From assembly GCA_020833525.1 (NCBI GenBank), contig JAJHRV010000001.1, positions 1 through 37,646 of the forward strand: DNA of 37,646 bases, given 5' to 3'. A program made the position numbers and the translations under genes. Source of the stretch: Thermosphaera sp. Lineage in GTDB: Archaea > Thermoproteota > Thermoprotei_A > Sulfolobales > Desulfurococcaceae. A model generated the notes under the pieces. It worked only from the letters and a program-made list of their open reading frames with translations, searched no databases and had not been told where the DNA came from. Numbering within the stretch: position 1 is the first letter of the stretch; every line of letters begins with the position of its first letter. Of this stretch, positions 17,917 through 27,552 are shown piece after piece.

Positions 17917-18480
17917 CAATAGGGGGATGCTAGAGCCCACACTATAACACTCTTTTAAACAACTGTTTCCTGTAATGAGTGTTGGGATGACGTATTTGCC
18001 TAGGTGTCTCCCATCGCGGTTATGAGAGAGTTGAAAATCCATGAGAATAGTGCTTAACACCTCTTCTTCCCTTCCCGAGGAACTCCCCCCAGCTCTAACT
18101 CGACACTATTTGAACTAGACTCACTCCAAAAACCTTCCTGAGATCCTCCCTGTAGTTTTCCACTGTAGACCTTAGTATTGTCTGCTTCAAGTACTAGTCC
18201 CGAGTAGCTAGTACAATAGTCTATTACACTAGGGGTTTTCTATCAAGCCATCGCTACATACAATGTCGATAACTCTTAGCCTTTTTAAACTAAAGCCTTA
18301 TCTTAACCCCTCACGAGGATGACTTCATGGCTGAGAGACACTAGCGTTCACCCAGGTATACCAAGGGTTTAGCAGACATGATTTCACCCAGTATATCATA
18401 CCGTAGTTCACAATCCCGTGGAGGGAGCGTGAACGGTGGGAAAACCCAGTAAAATTTATCTGGGTATTTAAAAGGAAATG

Positions 18481-18555
18481 CGGGCCCGCCGGGATTTGAA
18501 CCCGGGTCCTCCGGCTCCGCAGGCCGGCGCCCTCTCCTGGCTAGGCGACGGGCCC
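18481..18555 (-). tRNA. tRNA-Arg(GCG)
   Basis: The reverse complement folds as GGGCCCG-UC-GCCU..GGGC-G-CCGGC-CUGCGGA-GCCGG-AGGAC-CCGGG-UUCAAAU-CCCGG-CGGGCCC-G. It is 75 nt with no intron. Confidence 0.9.
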
Positions 18556-18574
18556 ATTTATGTATTTACCCGTA

Positions 18575-19255
18575 TTACTTGTTTTTAATTGTTTTTGAGT
18601 ATTCATCTGCTATTTGTAGTGGTATGGGTAGTTTTTTACCCTCCACTAGTAGTTTTTTTATTATTGCTGTTGCGTCTTCTATTTTTACATTATACCCTAT
18701 ACTTACGTATAATTCAGTGTTTACATGCTTTAAGACTTCCCCCACTATCTTGCCATGGGCTTTTATGAATACTCTTTCACCAATTGCTACTAGTTCTCCA
18801 TATAGTTTCTTCTTTGCAACTCCAATGCTTGGTTTACCCAATACTACTCCAAGATGTGTAGCTATTCCAAATGCGCGTGGATGAGCTAATCCATGGCCAT
18901 CTACAAGGAGTAAGTCGGGTTTGTACCTTAGTTTTCCATAGGCCCTCATATACCCCGGCACCTCTCTGAAAGCTAGTAATCCAGGTATATATGGTACCTT
19001 AACATCAACTACAGAGTATGTTTTCTCAACTACTCTACCATCAACCACGCTGTAGACCACTATTACAGCGTACTGCCTTCCATCCTTATATGAAGAGTCG
19101 AATGCCGCAACATACTTAACTCTATTAATATCTAGGGGGGGCGCTTGTTCAACAGTCTCCAGTACCCTGCACGCTAGGATCTCCTGGAGCTTCATTGCTC
19201 TATGAGCATCAAACAAGTGTGGACTACTAGACATATTTAACCAACAATAATCCAT
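18575..19255 (-). CDS. nfi: Endonuclease V (deoxyinosine 3'-endonuclease)
   Basis: Contains VAAFDSSY, PYIPGLLAFREVP, LLVDGHGLAHPRAFGIATHLGV and PSIGVAKKKL. An alternative ATG lies at 19234. Confidence 0.9.
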   Translation of the reverse strand: MDYCWLNMSSSPHLFDAHRAMKLQEILACRVLETVEQAPPLDINRVKYVAAFDSSYKDGRQYAVIVVYSVVDGRVVEKTYSVVDVKVPYIPGLLAFREVPGYMRAYGKLRYKPDLLLVDGHGLAHPRAFGIATHLGVVLGKPSIGVAKKKLYGELVAIGERVFIKAHGKIVGEVLKHVNTELYVSIGYNVKIEDATAIIKKLLVEGKKLPIPLQIADEYSKTIKNK

Positions 19256-19299
19256 TAGTTAAAAGCGAGTATTAAGCAAACACATATAGAGGTGTCTAA

Positions 19300-19860
19300 A
19301 TGGAGTACTCTAAGGGAGAACTAGCACTAGTGTTTAAAGAGCTTGAAGAACGCGGAGTAGACGCCACTGTAATAGGCAACACAAGCGTAGAGCTAGCACT
19401 AGGTAGAGAAGTATTCGAGGGAGACCTAGATTTATTCATACTTAACCCAAGCCCAATAGCTGAGAGAAAGTTCTTTGAAAAGCTGGCAGAGGATTTAAAC
19501 TGGGAGATTTCATCAACGGAAATAGGTACACCATCACTACTAATCCCACTGGAAAAAGGGAATCTCATTGTAGAACTATACGAGAACTACATGGATCTAG
19601 AGATCCCCATTGAAATAATCGAAGATAGAGTCGAGTATAGAGTTAATGGTGTTAAAGTAAAGTCCATTAAGCCAGAATACTACCTAGTCCTCAAAGCAAG
19701 ACAGGGAGTAGACCTAGATAAACTAGAAAAATACATTAGTAGTCTAAAACAGAGGAGTCTAAATATAAAACTAGTAGAATATGCTGCATCACTATACCCC
19801 GAAGACGAGCGAGAATTAATAATTGAGAGGCTAAGATCATGCGGACTCTACATAGCATAG
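19300..19860 (+). CDS. Putative minimal nucleotidyltransferase-fold protein
   Basis: G-x...GDLDLF resembles the G[SG]-Xn-DxD pattern of the Pol-beta-type NTase fold. The rest of the protein is unrecognised. Confidence 0.4.
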   Translation: MEYSKGELALVFKELEERGVDATVIGNTSVELALGREVFEGDLDLFILNPSPIAERKFFEKLAEDLNWEISSTEIGTPSLLIPLEKGNLIVELYENYMDLEIPIEIIEDRVEYRVNGVKVKSIKPEYYLVLKARQGVDLDKLEKYISSLKQRSLNIKLVEYAASLYPEDERELIIERLRSCGLYIA

Positions 19861-19923
19861 CAATTTAAAATCCCCTCCATGAATTGAGTTTAAGAGTAGA
19901 CTTGGGGAATAGAGGGGCAGTAT

Positions 19924-20112
19924 ATGCCTGTAAACGACCCGGAACTACTAAGGATTGTGCATGCAAGAATTCTAGATAAATGGGTATGTAGAAAATGCGG
20001 TGCATTAAACCCGCCGGGGGCCACGAAGTGTAGGAGGTGTAAGTCTAAGGGGACTCTTAGACCAAAGAAAGCAATAAGGGCTGGACCCAAAGCAAAGACC
20101 AGTGGTTCATAG
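19924..20112 (+). CDS. rpl40e: 50S ribosomal protein L40e
   Basis: [28 protein letters not shown] is the zinc-ribbon signature. The protein is 62 aa. Confidence 0.9.
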   Translation: MPVNDPELLRIVHARILDKWVCRKCGALNPPGATKCRRCKSKGTLRPKKAIRAGPKAKTSGS

Positions 20113-20114
20113 CT

Positions 20115-21078
20115 CTATTTAAGCAACTCCCCTGCTAAGATAAATAGCGCTGAGGCGATAGGTACAAAGTAGTAAATAATCCTATATGCAACCACTACTT
20201 CTGGAGGGAGGACTAGGGATAAACCATACTCAGCGACACCAGCACCTCCTGGAGTTGGAAGCATGCTAATAGCCTGCATTAGAGAGTATGCTGAGAACGC
20301 AGTCCAAAGCCCTAATACGGGGTTCACGGCTCTCCTCTGAAAATACAGAAAGGGTGCAATAGCTAGAGCCCAGAGGCAGTGGATCAGTACTGTTAGGATC
20401 CAAGTGAATAGTTTAGACCCCAGATCCATGGTACTAGATATTTCAGAGTATGTTTTCCCAAAGTCTTCAATGTGCTTAAATAGTTTTTCAAACCACGCGA
20501 ATTTACCTAGCTTCACAGCTACATAGTTAGCCTTAAGCCTCGGAACAACCCTCCAAATATTCCTAAAGAAAACAGGCCATGAAACAACTACAAACCCCGA
20601 CACTAATAATACTGGTATTGAGTATGGTAGATACCACACACTGAAGAATAGTCCGAGTATACATGTATAGATCACGTCGTATGAAACCTCATATATTGCC
20701 AACGCGTATGAACTGCCCGTAGACAACCCCCGTCTCACTTGAAATTAATAATGCTCTAACTGGCTCGCCTCCAATAGCTGATGGAGTGATCTTTGCGAGT
20801 AGATCCCCTAGGAAGCGTGCTTTTAGACATGTCTTAAAAGAGAGGTTTGCACTCCTATAGTTTGCCTTGACAATATATGTTAACCTTAATGCAGATATAA
20901 CCCACCCAGCGAATACGAGTAGTGCAGAGTAAACTAGATCCTTTAACTCTATTCTTGATAAATCAGCACCTGTTAGCACTATATATGCCTGTATAACACC
21001 TAGAACTAGTGCTGTGGCGATGATTAATCTTCTCCAGTTAACTCCAATACTCCCAACCCCTATGCTCATGGTTATCAA
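20115..21078 (-). pseudogene. UPF0104/flippase-like (lysylphosphatidylglycerol-synthase TM-region family) membrane protein, interrupted by a 1-nt frameshift in a G5 run (C5 on the plus strand, 20727-20731)
   Basis: Track ORFs 20689..21078 (ITPSAIGGEPVRALL motif) and 20115..20738 overlap in different frames. Removing one G gives ...LLISSETGLSTGSSYALAIYEV... The length of 964 nt equals 321 codons plus 1 nt. Confidence 0.6.
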
Positions 21079-21149
21079 TCCACGTGAACCACAATGTTTT
21101 TAAGGGACTTGACGCTTCATAAATAACTCTATGGATTACAATATAAGGG

Positions 21150-22295
21150 ATGAGGCTGTGGGTTTTTAGCTATACCGAGGAGCAAGTAGAGAAGCTTAGA
21201 GTAGATAAGCAAATGCTGAGGGAGATTATTAAGGAATTAAAGAAGTGGAGTGCACATGCTACAATACTTCTAAGTCTATATATACCACCGGGTAGACCCA
21301 TAGGAGACGTTTTAGCACTACTAAGACAAGAGATGTCTGTAGCTGAAAACATCAAGTTGAAGAAGACGAGGAACTCTGTAGAGTGGGCTTTAAGTGCTGC
21401 ATATGATAGACTCAGTAAAATTCCGAAAATACCTGAGAATGGATTAGCACTATTTGCAGGAATGAACCCCGATACAGGTGAGACAACGGTTGTAATGCTA
21501 GTCCCACCAGAGAAGATCCAGGTGTTCTTCTATAGGACTGATAAGTACTTCCACACAGAGTTTCTAGAGGAGATGGTTACCGAGAGCACTGTAGCTGGAT
21601 TGCTCCTAGTTGAGAGAGATGCAGCCACTATAGGTTTGCTAAAAGGCAATAAACTAGAGATTGTAGAAGAAATGGAAGCATACATACCAGGTAAACACCA
21701 TAAAGGTGGGCAGAGCCAGAGGAGATTTGACAGGATCATTGAGCAAATGGTTGAGGAGTTCTACAAGAAGGTTGGGGAGCGTGCAAACAATGTATTTCTA
21801 CCTCTATATGAGCAAGGTAAGTTGAAACTTATAGTTCTAGGGGGACCCGGGTACGCTAAACAAGATTTCCTCGCTGGAAACTACCTAGACTACAGGTTGA
21901 AGCAAATAATTGCACCAGAGTTAATAGATGTCTCATACCAGGGTGAAGTAGGCTTAAGAGAGCTAATATCCAAAGCAGGGGACTTGCTCGAGAAATACGA
22001 GTATGCAGAGTCATTGAAGACTCTAGAGGAGTTTAAATACCACCTTGCAAAGGACGATGGCCTAGTAGTCTACGGTGAAGAAGAAGTAAAATTAGCCCTT
22101 GAACAAGGCGTCCTCAAAACACTAATCGTGAGTGAATCCCGTGAAGACATATCTCACTGGCTGGAGAGCTCGCATCAATATGGAGTAAAAGCGATTGTTG
22201 TAAGCAAGGATCTCCCAGAGGCAGATTGGTTTAACAAAACCTTTAATGGTATAGCCGGGATCTTGAAGTACAAGACTAATACTTTTAACTCCTAA
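21150..22295 (+). CDS. prf1: Peptide chain release factor aRF1
   Basis: GGQ motif (HKGGQSQRRFDR) and an NIKS-like ENIKLKKTR. ATAAATAA about 25-30 nt upstream suggests a leaderless mRNA starting at ATG 21150. Confidence 0.9.
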   Translation: MRLWVFSYTEEQVEKLRVDKQMLREIIKELKKWSAHATILLSLYIPPGRPIGDVLALLRQEMSVAENIKLKKTRNSVEWALSAAYDRLSKIPKIPENGLALFAGMNPDTGETTVVMLVPPEKIQVFFYRTDKYFHTEFLEEMVTESTVAGLLLVERDAATIGLLKGNKLEIVEEMEAYIPGKHHKGGQSQRRFDRIIEQMVEEFYKKVGERANNVFLPLYEQGKLKLIVLGGPGYAKQDFLAGNYLDYRLKQIIAPELIDVSYQGEVGLRELISKAGDLLEKYEYAESLKTLEEFKYHLAKDDGLVVYGEEEVKLALEQGVLKTLIVSESREDISHWLESSHQYGVKAIVVSKDLPEADWFNKTFNGIAGILKYKTNTFNS

Positions 22296-22370
22296 GATAC
22301 TACTTATAGCCCATTAAACACTATCCTTAGTTTCGGAGAAGCCTCCTCTACAAAACACAATACACTCTAA

Positions 22371-23618
22371 ATGGTGAGTTTAATGCGTGGAGTAGAGTCC
22401 ATTATTGGCGCATACCTAGCCGTTATCATAGTAATAAGTGTTGTAACTGGCTTATACTTATACATACTTAAAGCAGGTAGAAGCGTGGATGAGCAAATAA
22501 GAGAAGCAATAGTTAACTACCAATCCGCAAGCTATCCCCCCGTCTTATCTCTCAGCTATGTAAACGACACAACGTTCAAACTATCGATCACTCCATACAC
22601 TCCATTATACATTGAAGAAGCCATTGCTAAGGAAATTGATGGTGAATTAATATACAGTGTGAGCGTAAAAGAAGTCTTATACAAGCCCAGGGAATTAGAG
22701 GTAGTTATAAATAAAACCCCTGCCACAATACTACTAGTTTCCAGTAGAGGAGTAGTCTTCTACTACATCCCTAGACAAGACCCCGGATTACTCACAGCAC
22801 CAGATTACATTAGGAACAAGCCGTTTATAGATGACGAGTTAATAGAATACCTCAAGAGAAGGAGCAATAACACCCAGTCTGGATACGGCAGTACAGAGCC
22901 CACAGGTAGTATCACCCCACTGGACTACCTAGGATACAAAGTTTCATCAGGTAAGACAAATAGACCCGCCTCTCTACTTTTAAATGGGCCTATATCTTGT
23001 CCACCATGGTGGACCTCACCTCCACCCCTCGATGCGTACTCACCGTGCAATGTGAATGCAACAGACTACGGGGTTTACCACTCGATACTAACATATAACT
23101 ACAATAAAACCTACTGGTACTTTGACAACGAGGGATACTTGAATATAAGTAGTGAACTAGCCTCAATAAACATACCTGGGAGCAATAAGTATATCCAGGT
23201 ACTAAGGCTGATCAAGTTCGCGAGTCCAGGACTATACACAATACTATTCAGTGTCAGCTTTGAAACAGGGCCTCTATCAACATATCAAGCAAATAACACG
23301 GCTCTCTCCGTTGTGTTGTATATTCTACGCGGGGACACAAGTCTCAATAACTACATTGCACTATCAACCCCTGAGAAACCAACCACTCCGTGGTTGAGAA
23401 GGGTTTTAATTGACTACAAGCCACAGGGTAGTCTTGAAACAAGGAGTATTTCATACGGTGTAGTCAAAGCCGTGTATTCATCTAACAATACTGTGAGCAT
23501 TAACCTCTCAAATCTCGGCTTCAACGAGTATATAGTTGCCTATGGAGTAGAAGTTACATTTCCATGGAGTGGCTCGATTAGGGTAAAAATAGATCTCGTC
23601 TCGGTTGAGGAGGGTTGA
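22371..23618 (+). CDS. Large extracellular protein with an archaeal type IV pilin-like (class III) signal peptide
   Basis: MRGVESIIGAYLAVIIVISVVTG resembles the R-[GA]-V-[SE]-x-[IV]-I-G + hydrophobic pattern processed by prepilin peptidases. The real start may be ATG 22383. The remainder is Asn/Ser/Thr-rich. Confidence 0.55.
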   Translation: MVSLMRGVESIIGAYLAVIIVISVVTGLYLYILKAGRSVDEQIREAIVNYQSASYPPVLSLSYVNDTTFKLSITPYTPLYIEEAIAKEIDGELIYSVSVKEVLYKPRELEVVINKTPATILLVSSRGVVFYYIPRQDPGLLTAPDYIRNKPFIDDELIEYLKRRSNNTQSGYGSTEPTGSITPLDYLGYKVSSGKTNRPASLLLNGPISCPPWWTSPPPLDAYSPCNVNATDYGVYHSILTYNYNKTYWYFDNEGYLNISSELASINIPGSNKYIQVLRLIKFASPGLYTILFSVSFETGPLSTYQANNTALSVVLYILRGDTSLNNYIALSTPEKPTTPWLRRVLIDYKPQGSLETRSISYGVVKAVYSSNNTVSINLSNLGFNEYIVAYGVEVTFPWSGSIRVKIDLVSVEEG

Positions 23619-23625
23619 CACAATA

Positions 23626-24624
23626 CTATGGTGCAACCAGTGTGAGAGTGGCGGCGATTATGGGGGGTATTAAGCCATACTTAAATACCTGCACTAGTGC
23701 TTGGTCGATTCTATAACGACCCATAATATTCTTCAATGTAGTGACAAGTAGTAGGAGTATGAGGTACTTCAATGCCAGCACTACTACTCCTTGGGGTGAT
23801 AGGTGATTAAATGGCATTGGGCCACCTAGAAGTATATAAACACCTGCGAGTAGTGCAATAACTATGTCTAAGTCGTGGAGTAGCCTAGCTAGTGCGAGTA
23901 ATGGACCACTAAACTCCGTCTCATACCCAGCAATGATCTCCTGCTCTGCCTCAGGTATATTAAATGGTGGATACATGGCTTTAACCTGGATGCTCACCGC
24001 GAAGCCTACTAGTGATAGTGCGGTAATCACTAATGCAACTGGATTAGAGTAGAGCCTTGAGGAGTTGACATATGTAGAGCTAATACTCATAAATACGCCG
24101 CCACTACGAGTAGCCAGGTACACGGGTACCAATATACTGACGAAATATGCTGGCTCAGCTATAGTCACTAGAGATAGCAACCTCGAGACACCTATACTAG
24201 TATATGGACTAGGCATAGAGAGCGATGCAATAACCATTGCGAAGAGAGGCATAACGCTACTTAGATAGAAGAATATAAGCACATCGAAAACAGTCGCCAC
24301 GTTGAGTAAGCTAATTGGTAGAAATATCACTGATGACACAATACATGATACTCCAATCAATAAGGCAAACTCTGCAAGCCTAGGCATACTAAACCTATTA
24401 ACAACCTCCTCCTTAGCCCTCAAGAGCTTTAAGAAGTCATAGAATGGCTGTAGGAGTCCAATTGGTCCAACATATGAAGGACCCATTCTCCTCTGATACC
24501 TAGCACTTAATTTCCTAACAAGGTACTGCGTGAAAAAGGCCAGAGCTATTAGGAATATAGTGCCTGGAAACACCAATATGCTGAACAATGCATTAACATA
24601 TACATCAAGGTACACATCTACCAC
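23626..24624 (-). CDS. mbhM: Membrane-bound hydrogenase subunit, NuoH/HycD-like
   Basis: Contains RKLSARYQRRMGPSYVGPIGLLQPFYDFLKL. GTG 24624 overlaps the mbhI stop; the track start at 24684 overlaps mbhI by 67 nt. Confidence 0.85.
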   Translation of the reverse strand: MVDVYLDVYVNALFSILVFPGTIFLIALAFFTQYLVRKLSARYQRRMGPSYVGPIGLLQPFYDFLKLLRAKEEVVNRFSMPRLAEFALLIGVSCIVSSVIFLPISLLNVATVFDVLIFFYLSSVMPLFAMVIASLSMPSPYTSIGVSRLLSLVTIAEPAYFVSILVPVYLATRSGGVFMSISSTYVNSSRLYSNPVALVITALSLVGFAVSIQVKAMYPPFNIPEAEQEIIAGYETEFSGPLLALARLLHDLDIVIALLAGVYILLGGPMPFNHLSPQGVVVLALKYLILLLLVTTLKNIMGRYRIDQALVQVFKYGLIPPIIAATLTLVAP

Positions 24625-24977
24625 CCCGCAATTATTGAAGCAATTAAGACTATTACTGCGAGTAAGACTAGTAGGGCTAGCCATGAGGAGAGAAATTTAT
24701 ACCAGTCGTGGAGGCTACCAGTATGCACCTCCTCTACAAGCACCCTGTAGAGTGACCTAGCAAACCTCTTCATAAAACCCCAGTACATTGAGGTAACACT
24801 AGGCGTTATTGATGAAACAACACTTTCGGGTTCTCCAGACAAGTATACATTTGTTACTCTAATACGCTTCGACTTCAGTGCATAGTATAGTAGAGACACC
24901 GTGAGTATTGATAATCCCAATAAAGCGACAACTATCGTCAGTGCAGAGCTTGGATCAAGTACTAGAGTAGTCTTCAT
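24618..24977 (-). CDS. mbhI: Small membrane subunit of the hydrogenase (MbhI-like)
   Basis: Two terminal TM helices and an ATGA overlap with mbhH. The assignment rests on position and analogy only. Confidence 0.5.
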   Translation of the reverse strand: MKTTLVLDPSSALTIVVALLGLSILTVSLLYYALKSKRIRVTNVYLSGEPESVVSSITPSVTSMYWGFMKRFARSLYRVLVEEVHTGSLHDWYKFLSSWLALLVLLAVIVLIASIIAGW

Positions 24978-26623
24978 GGCTTTACACCCGCATACGCTCT
25001 AATCAACTCATTATATATAAAGCCCTTTAAGTCGGGGGGTATGTTTTCAAGTGTTCTCTCTAAGTATACGTTATAACCATTGACAAGGGCGTTTGACGCT
25101 GACTCATAGATCGACCACGTGTATTGAAACACTACTCCTAGTGCAATAAGGCTTAACGTCATTCCAAAAAGCAGGTATTCAATCCACTTCTCCTTGATCA
25201 ACCCTGTCTGCTTTCCACCCGTGGAGAACAATACTGCTGATACAACCTTCAAGTAGCCTGGTAGGGAGAGCGCTGATATAGCAATTAACAACACTGGTAC
25301 TAGCGCTGATCCAGCGTTTAGATAACCCTGTGCAATATACCGCTTCGAGTAGAAGCCTATTAAGGGTATAAAGCCCGCTAAGCTTAGAAATCCGAGAATC
25401 ATTGAGGCTGATGCTAGTGGGTAGTGTCTTCCAACACCCTTGATATCATCTAGATTTCTAGATCCAGCTGCATCGATGAATACACCGCTCGCCATGAAGA
25501 GCATTGATTTAGCTATACTATGTGCTACAACGTGTATGACTCCACCGGCTACAGCGTATTTAACCGCTGTATCATTACCAGTTAGAAACCCTGCAGAGAT
25601 ACCCATGTACGCGATACCCATGTGGCTTATAGTACTGTAGGCTAAGAGCCTCTTAATGTCATCCTGCTTCATCATCATTAAAGCACCGATGAAACCACTC
25701 ACTACTCCCAAAAGGAACAATGCAAACATCACTATAGACCTATACTCCCCGAGTGCAGAGTTCTCGCCGAATATTGTGTAGAGGAAGCGTGCAGTAGCGT
25801 AAACTCCTACGTTGACTACAAGTCCAGATAAAGCAGCTGAAACAGGTGTTGGCGCCTCTGGGTGTGCGTCGGGAAGCCAGAAGTGGTTGGGGAATAAGGC
25901 TGATTTATACGTGAATACCCAGAGCGATAGTGCTATGGAGAGCAATGAGAGGTACTTCAATGTATCTGGGACTCTGGCTAAGGGGGAGGAGAATAGTAGC
26001 CATGGGCGAGTAGCATAAGCTAATACACCCATGTTTACAGAGCCGTATCCAGCGTAGAGTAGTACAACGGCTGTGAAGTAGAATGTTGTCGCCACAGCAC
26101 CTATTAATGCATACTTAGCAGCCGCCTCTATAGCTTCTGCTCTATCCCTGTGGTAAGCTACTAGTCCATAGGCTGATATACTGAGTACCTCGATCATGAC
26201 GAATAAGTTAAACGCGTCTCCAGTGTAGAGGCATCCAATTATACCGGTCTCTAGCCCTATGAGTAGTGTGTAGTACCAGGTTGGGTCATCTAGGTGGTGT
26301 CTATACCAATATGAATACACAACTATGGCGAGCATAATCCAGGCTGTTAACAACCCGATCAAGGCGTTCAGAGAGTCAACTTCATATACTATGCCGAAGT
26401 GTGGAGGCCAGCCTCCATATAGGTATATAATAGGACCCTCCCTATAGACCTTGTCGAGTACCATGGTTGTAGATAGTACTCCAAACAATGAGGCTGATAA
26501 AGCTAGAGCGTACTGTAGCTTTCTCGATCCAACAATCTTTGCTATGGGTATTGCAAACGCATGTATAATTAATACGGGTGTTAGTAAACCTAGGAGATTA
26601 AGTGCTAAATCCATAAATCCCAC
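24974..26623 (-). CDS. mbhH: MrpD/NuoL/M/N-like proton- or sodium-translocating subunit
   Basis: A 549-aa polytopic protein containing FPNHFWLPDAHPEAPTPVSA..LSG, the antiporter-like subunit signature. Confidence 0.85.
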   Translation of the reverse strand: MGFMDLALNLLGLLTPVLIIHAFAIPIAKIVGSRKLQYALALSASLFGVLSTTMVLDKVYREGPIIYLYGGWPPHFGIVYEVDSLNALIGLLTAWIMLAIVVYSYWYRHHLDDPTWYYTLLIGLETGIIGCLYTGDAFNLFVMIEVLSISAYGLVAYHRDRAEAIEAAAKYALIGAVATTFYFTAVVLLYAGYGSVNMGVLAYATRPWLLFSSPLARVPDTLKYLSLLSIALSLWVFTYKSALFPNHFWLPDAHPEAPTPVSAALSGLVVNVGVYATARFLYTIFGENSALGEYRSIVMFALFLLGVVSGFIGALMMMKQDDIKRLLAYSTISHMGIAYMGISAGFLTGNDTAVKYAVAGGVIHVVAHSIAKSMLFMASGVFIDAAGSRNLDDIKGVGRHYPLASASMILGFLSLAGFIPLIGFYSKRYIAQGYLNAGSALVPVLLIAISALSLPGYLKVVSAVLFSTGGKQTGLIKEKWIEYLLFGMTLSLIALGVVFQYTWSIYESASNALVNGYNVYLERTLENIPPDLKGFIYNELIRAYAGVKP

Positions 26624-27139
26624 CTAGTCGAATATCTTCTTAGAGTACTTCTCGAAAACAAGTGAAATCTCCTCTCTAGCCTTCACGGGGTCAAGGGTTT
26701 TAGCATCTATCCAGTGTACATAGAATACTTTCTCCACCTCATCTATCTCGACAACAACAGTACCAGGAGTATTCGTAATACTACACGCTATAGCGGTCTT
26801 AGCGTAGTCACTCTCGACACCGAATGGTACTTTAACGATCGCTGGGTTTACAGGGGCTTTGGGGTGTAGTATGCGCTTAATTACATCTAAGTGTGCTTTT
26901 GTCTCATCTATTGTAAAGTATCTTGCAGCATATCTCAGCGTATAATACCACCTCCTAGGGCTAAGCGTTTTCCATGGATTCTGGAGGGTAATACTTGAAA
27001 ATAAAACACCTGTTGTAGTAGCTACTATAACCCCTGTCAATAAATCATATGTGCTTACACTACCGGAGAAAACTATGTATACAGAGAACGCCAATACAGC
27101 GACGACCATAGAGTTTAAAGGCTTAGCCACTACACTCAC
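26624..27139 (-). CDS. mbhA: MrpE/MnhE-like subunit
   Basis: SITNTPGTVVVEIDEVEKVFYVHWIDA matches the MnhE TLTPGT...VH motif. There is a GTGA overlap with the upstream gene. Confidence 0.7.
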   Translation of the reverse strand: MSVVAKPLNSMVVAVLAFSVYIVFSGSVSTYDLLTGVIVATTTGVLFSSITLQNPWKTLSPRRWYYTLRYAARYFTIDETKAHLDVIKRILHPKAPVNPAIVKVPFGVESDYAKTAIACSITNTPGTVVVEIDEVEKVFYVHWIDAKTLDPVKAREEISLVFEKYSKKIFD

Positions 27140-27552
27140 CCTTTAAGCTTCTTAATCTCCCTCATATCAAGCGTCTTGTAGTGTGTATATAGGATATACC
27201 CCAGGAACACGAGGAACAGTGTAACTGCAAGCCCTATGACCACGGCTGTCAAGACTAGTGCTTGGGGCAGTGGATCAACTGCTCTAGCAGTAAACTCACT
27301 TATGGATTTCTCTGTAGGAGTCGATGTTAGCACGGGGGGTCTTGGGTTTACTCCATTAACCCATGTTCTATAGCCAAGGTATATTGCGAAAGTATTCATA
27401 GTGTCTGATAAGATAGTCAAGGCAATTACCTTCTTGGTGTAGTGTGGTTTAAAGAATAAGCCATATATCGATATGATTGCATTAGCCAGGAGCGATGTTA
27501 ATGTAACGAGTAATAAATAGGTATTTATGAACTCAGCGTCCACCACTACCAC
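27136..27552 (-). CDS. mbhG: MrpC/NuoK-like subunit
   Basis: DPLPQALVLTAVVIGLAVT is the MnhC signature. The start lies among the GTG codons at 27552-27543; the track start at 27585 is probably too far upstream. Confidence 0.7.
   Translation of the reverse strand: MVVVDAEFINTYLLLVTLTSLLANAIISIYGLFFKPHYTKKVIALTILSDTMNTFAIYLGYRTWVNGVNPRPPVLTSTPTEKSISEFTARAVDPLPQALVLTAVVIGLAVTLFLVFLGYILYTHYKTLDMREIKKLKG

Noticed and set aside
19296-19568. Track ORF 19296..19568 (-), Ser-rich 90 aa, and 19890..20090 (-)
   Set aside because: These are antisense shadows of the NTase-like gene and of the L40e gene respectively.
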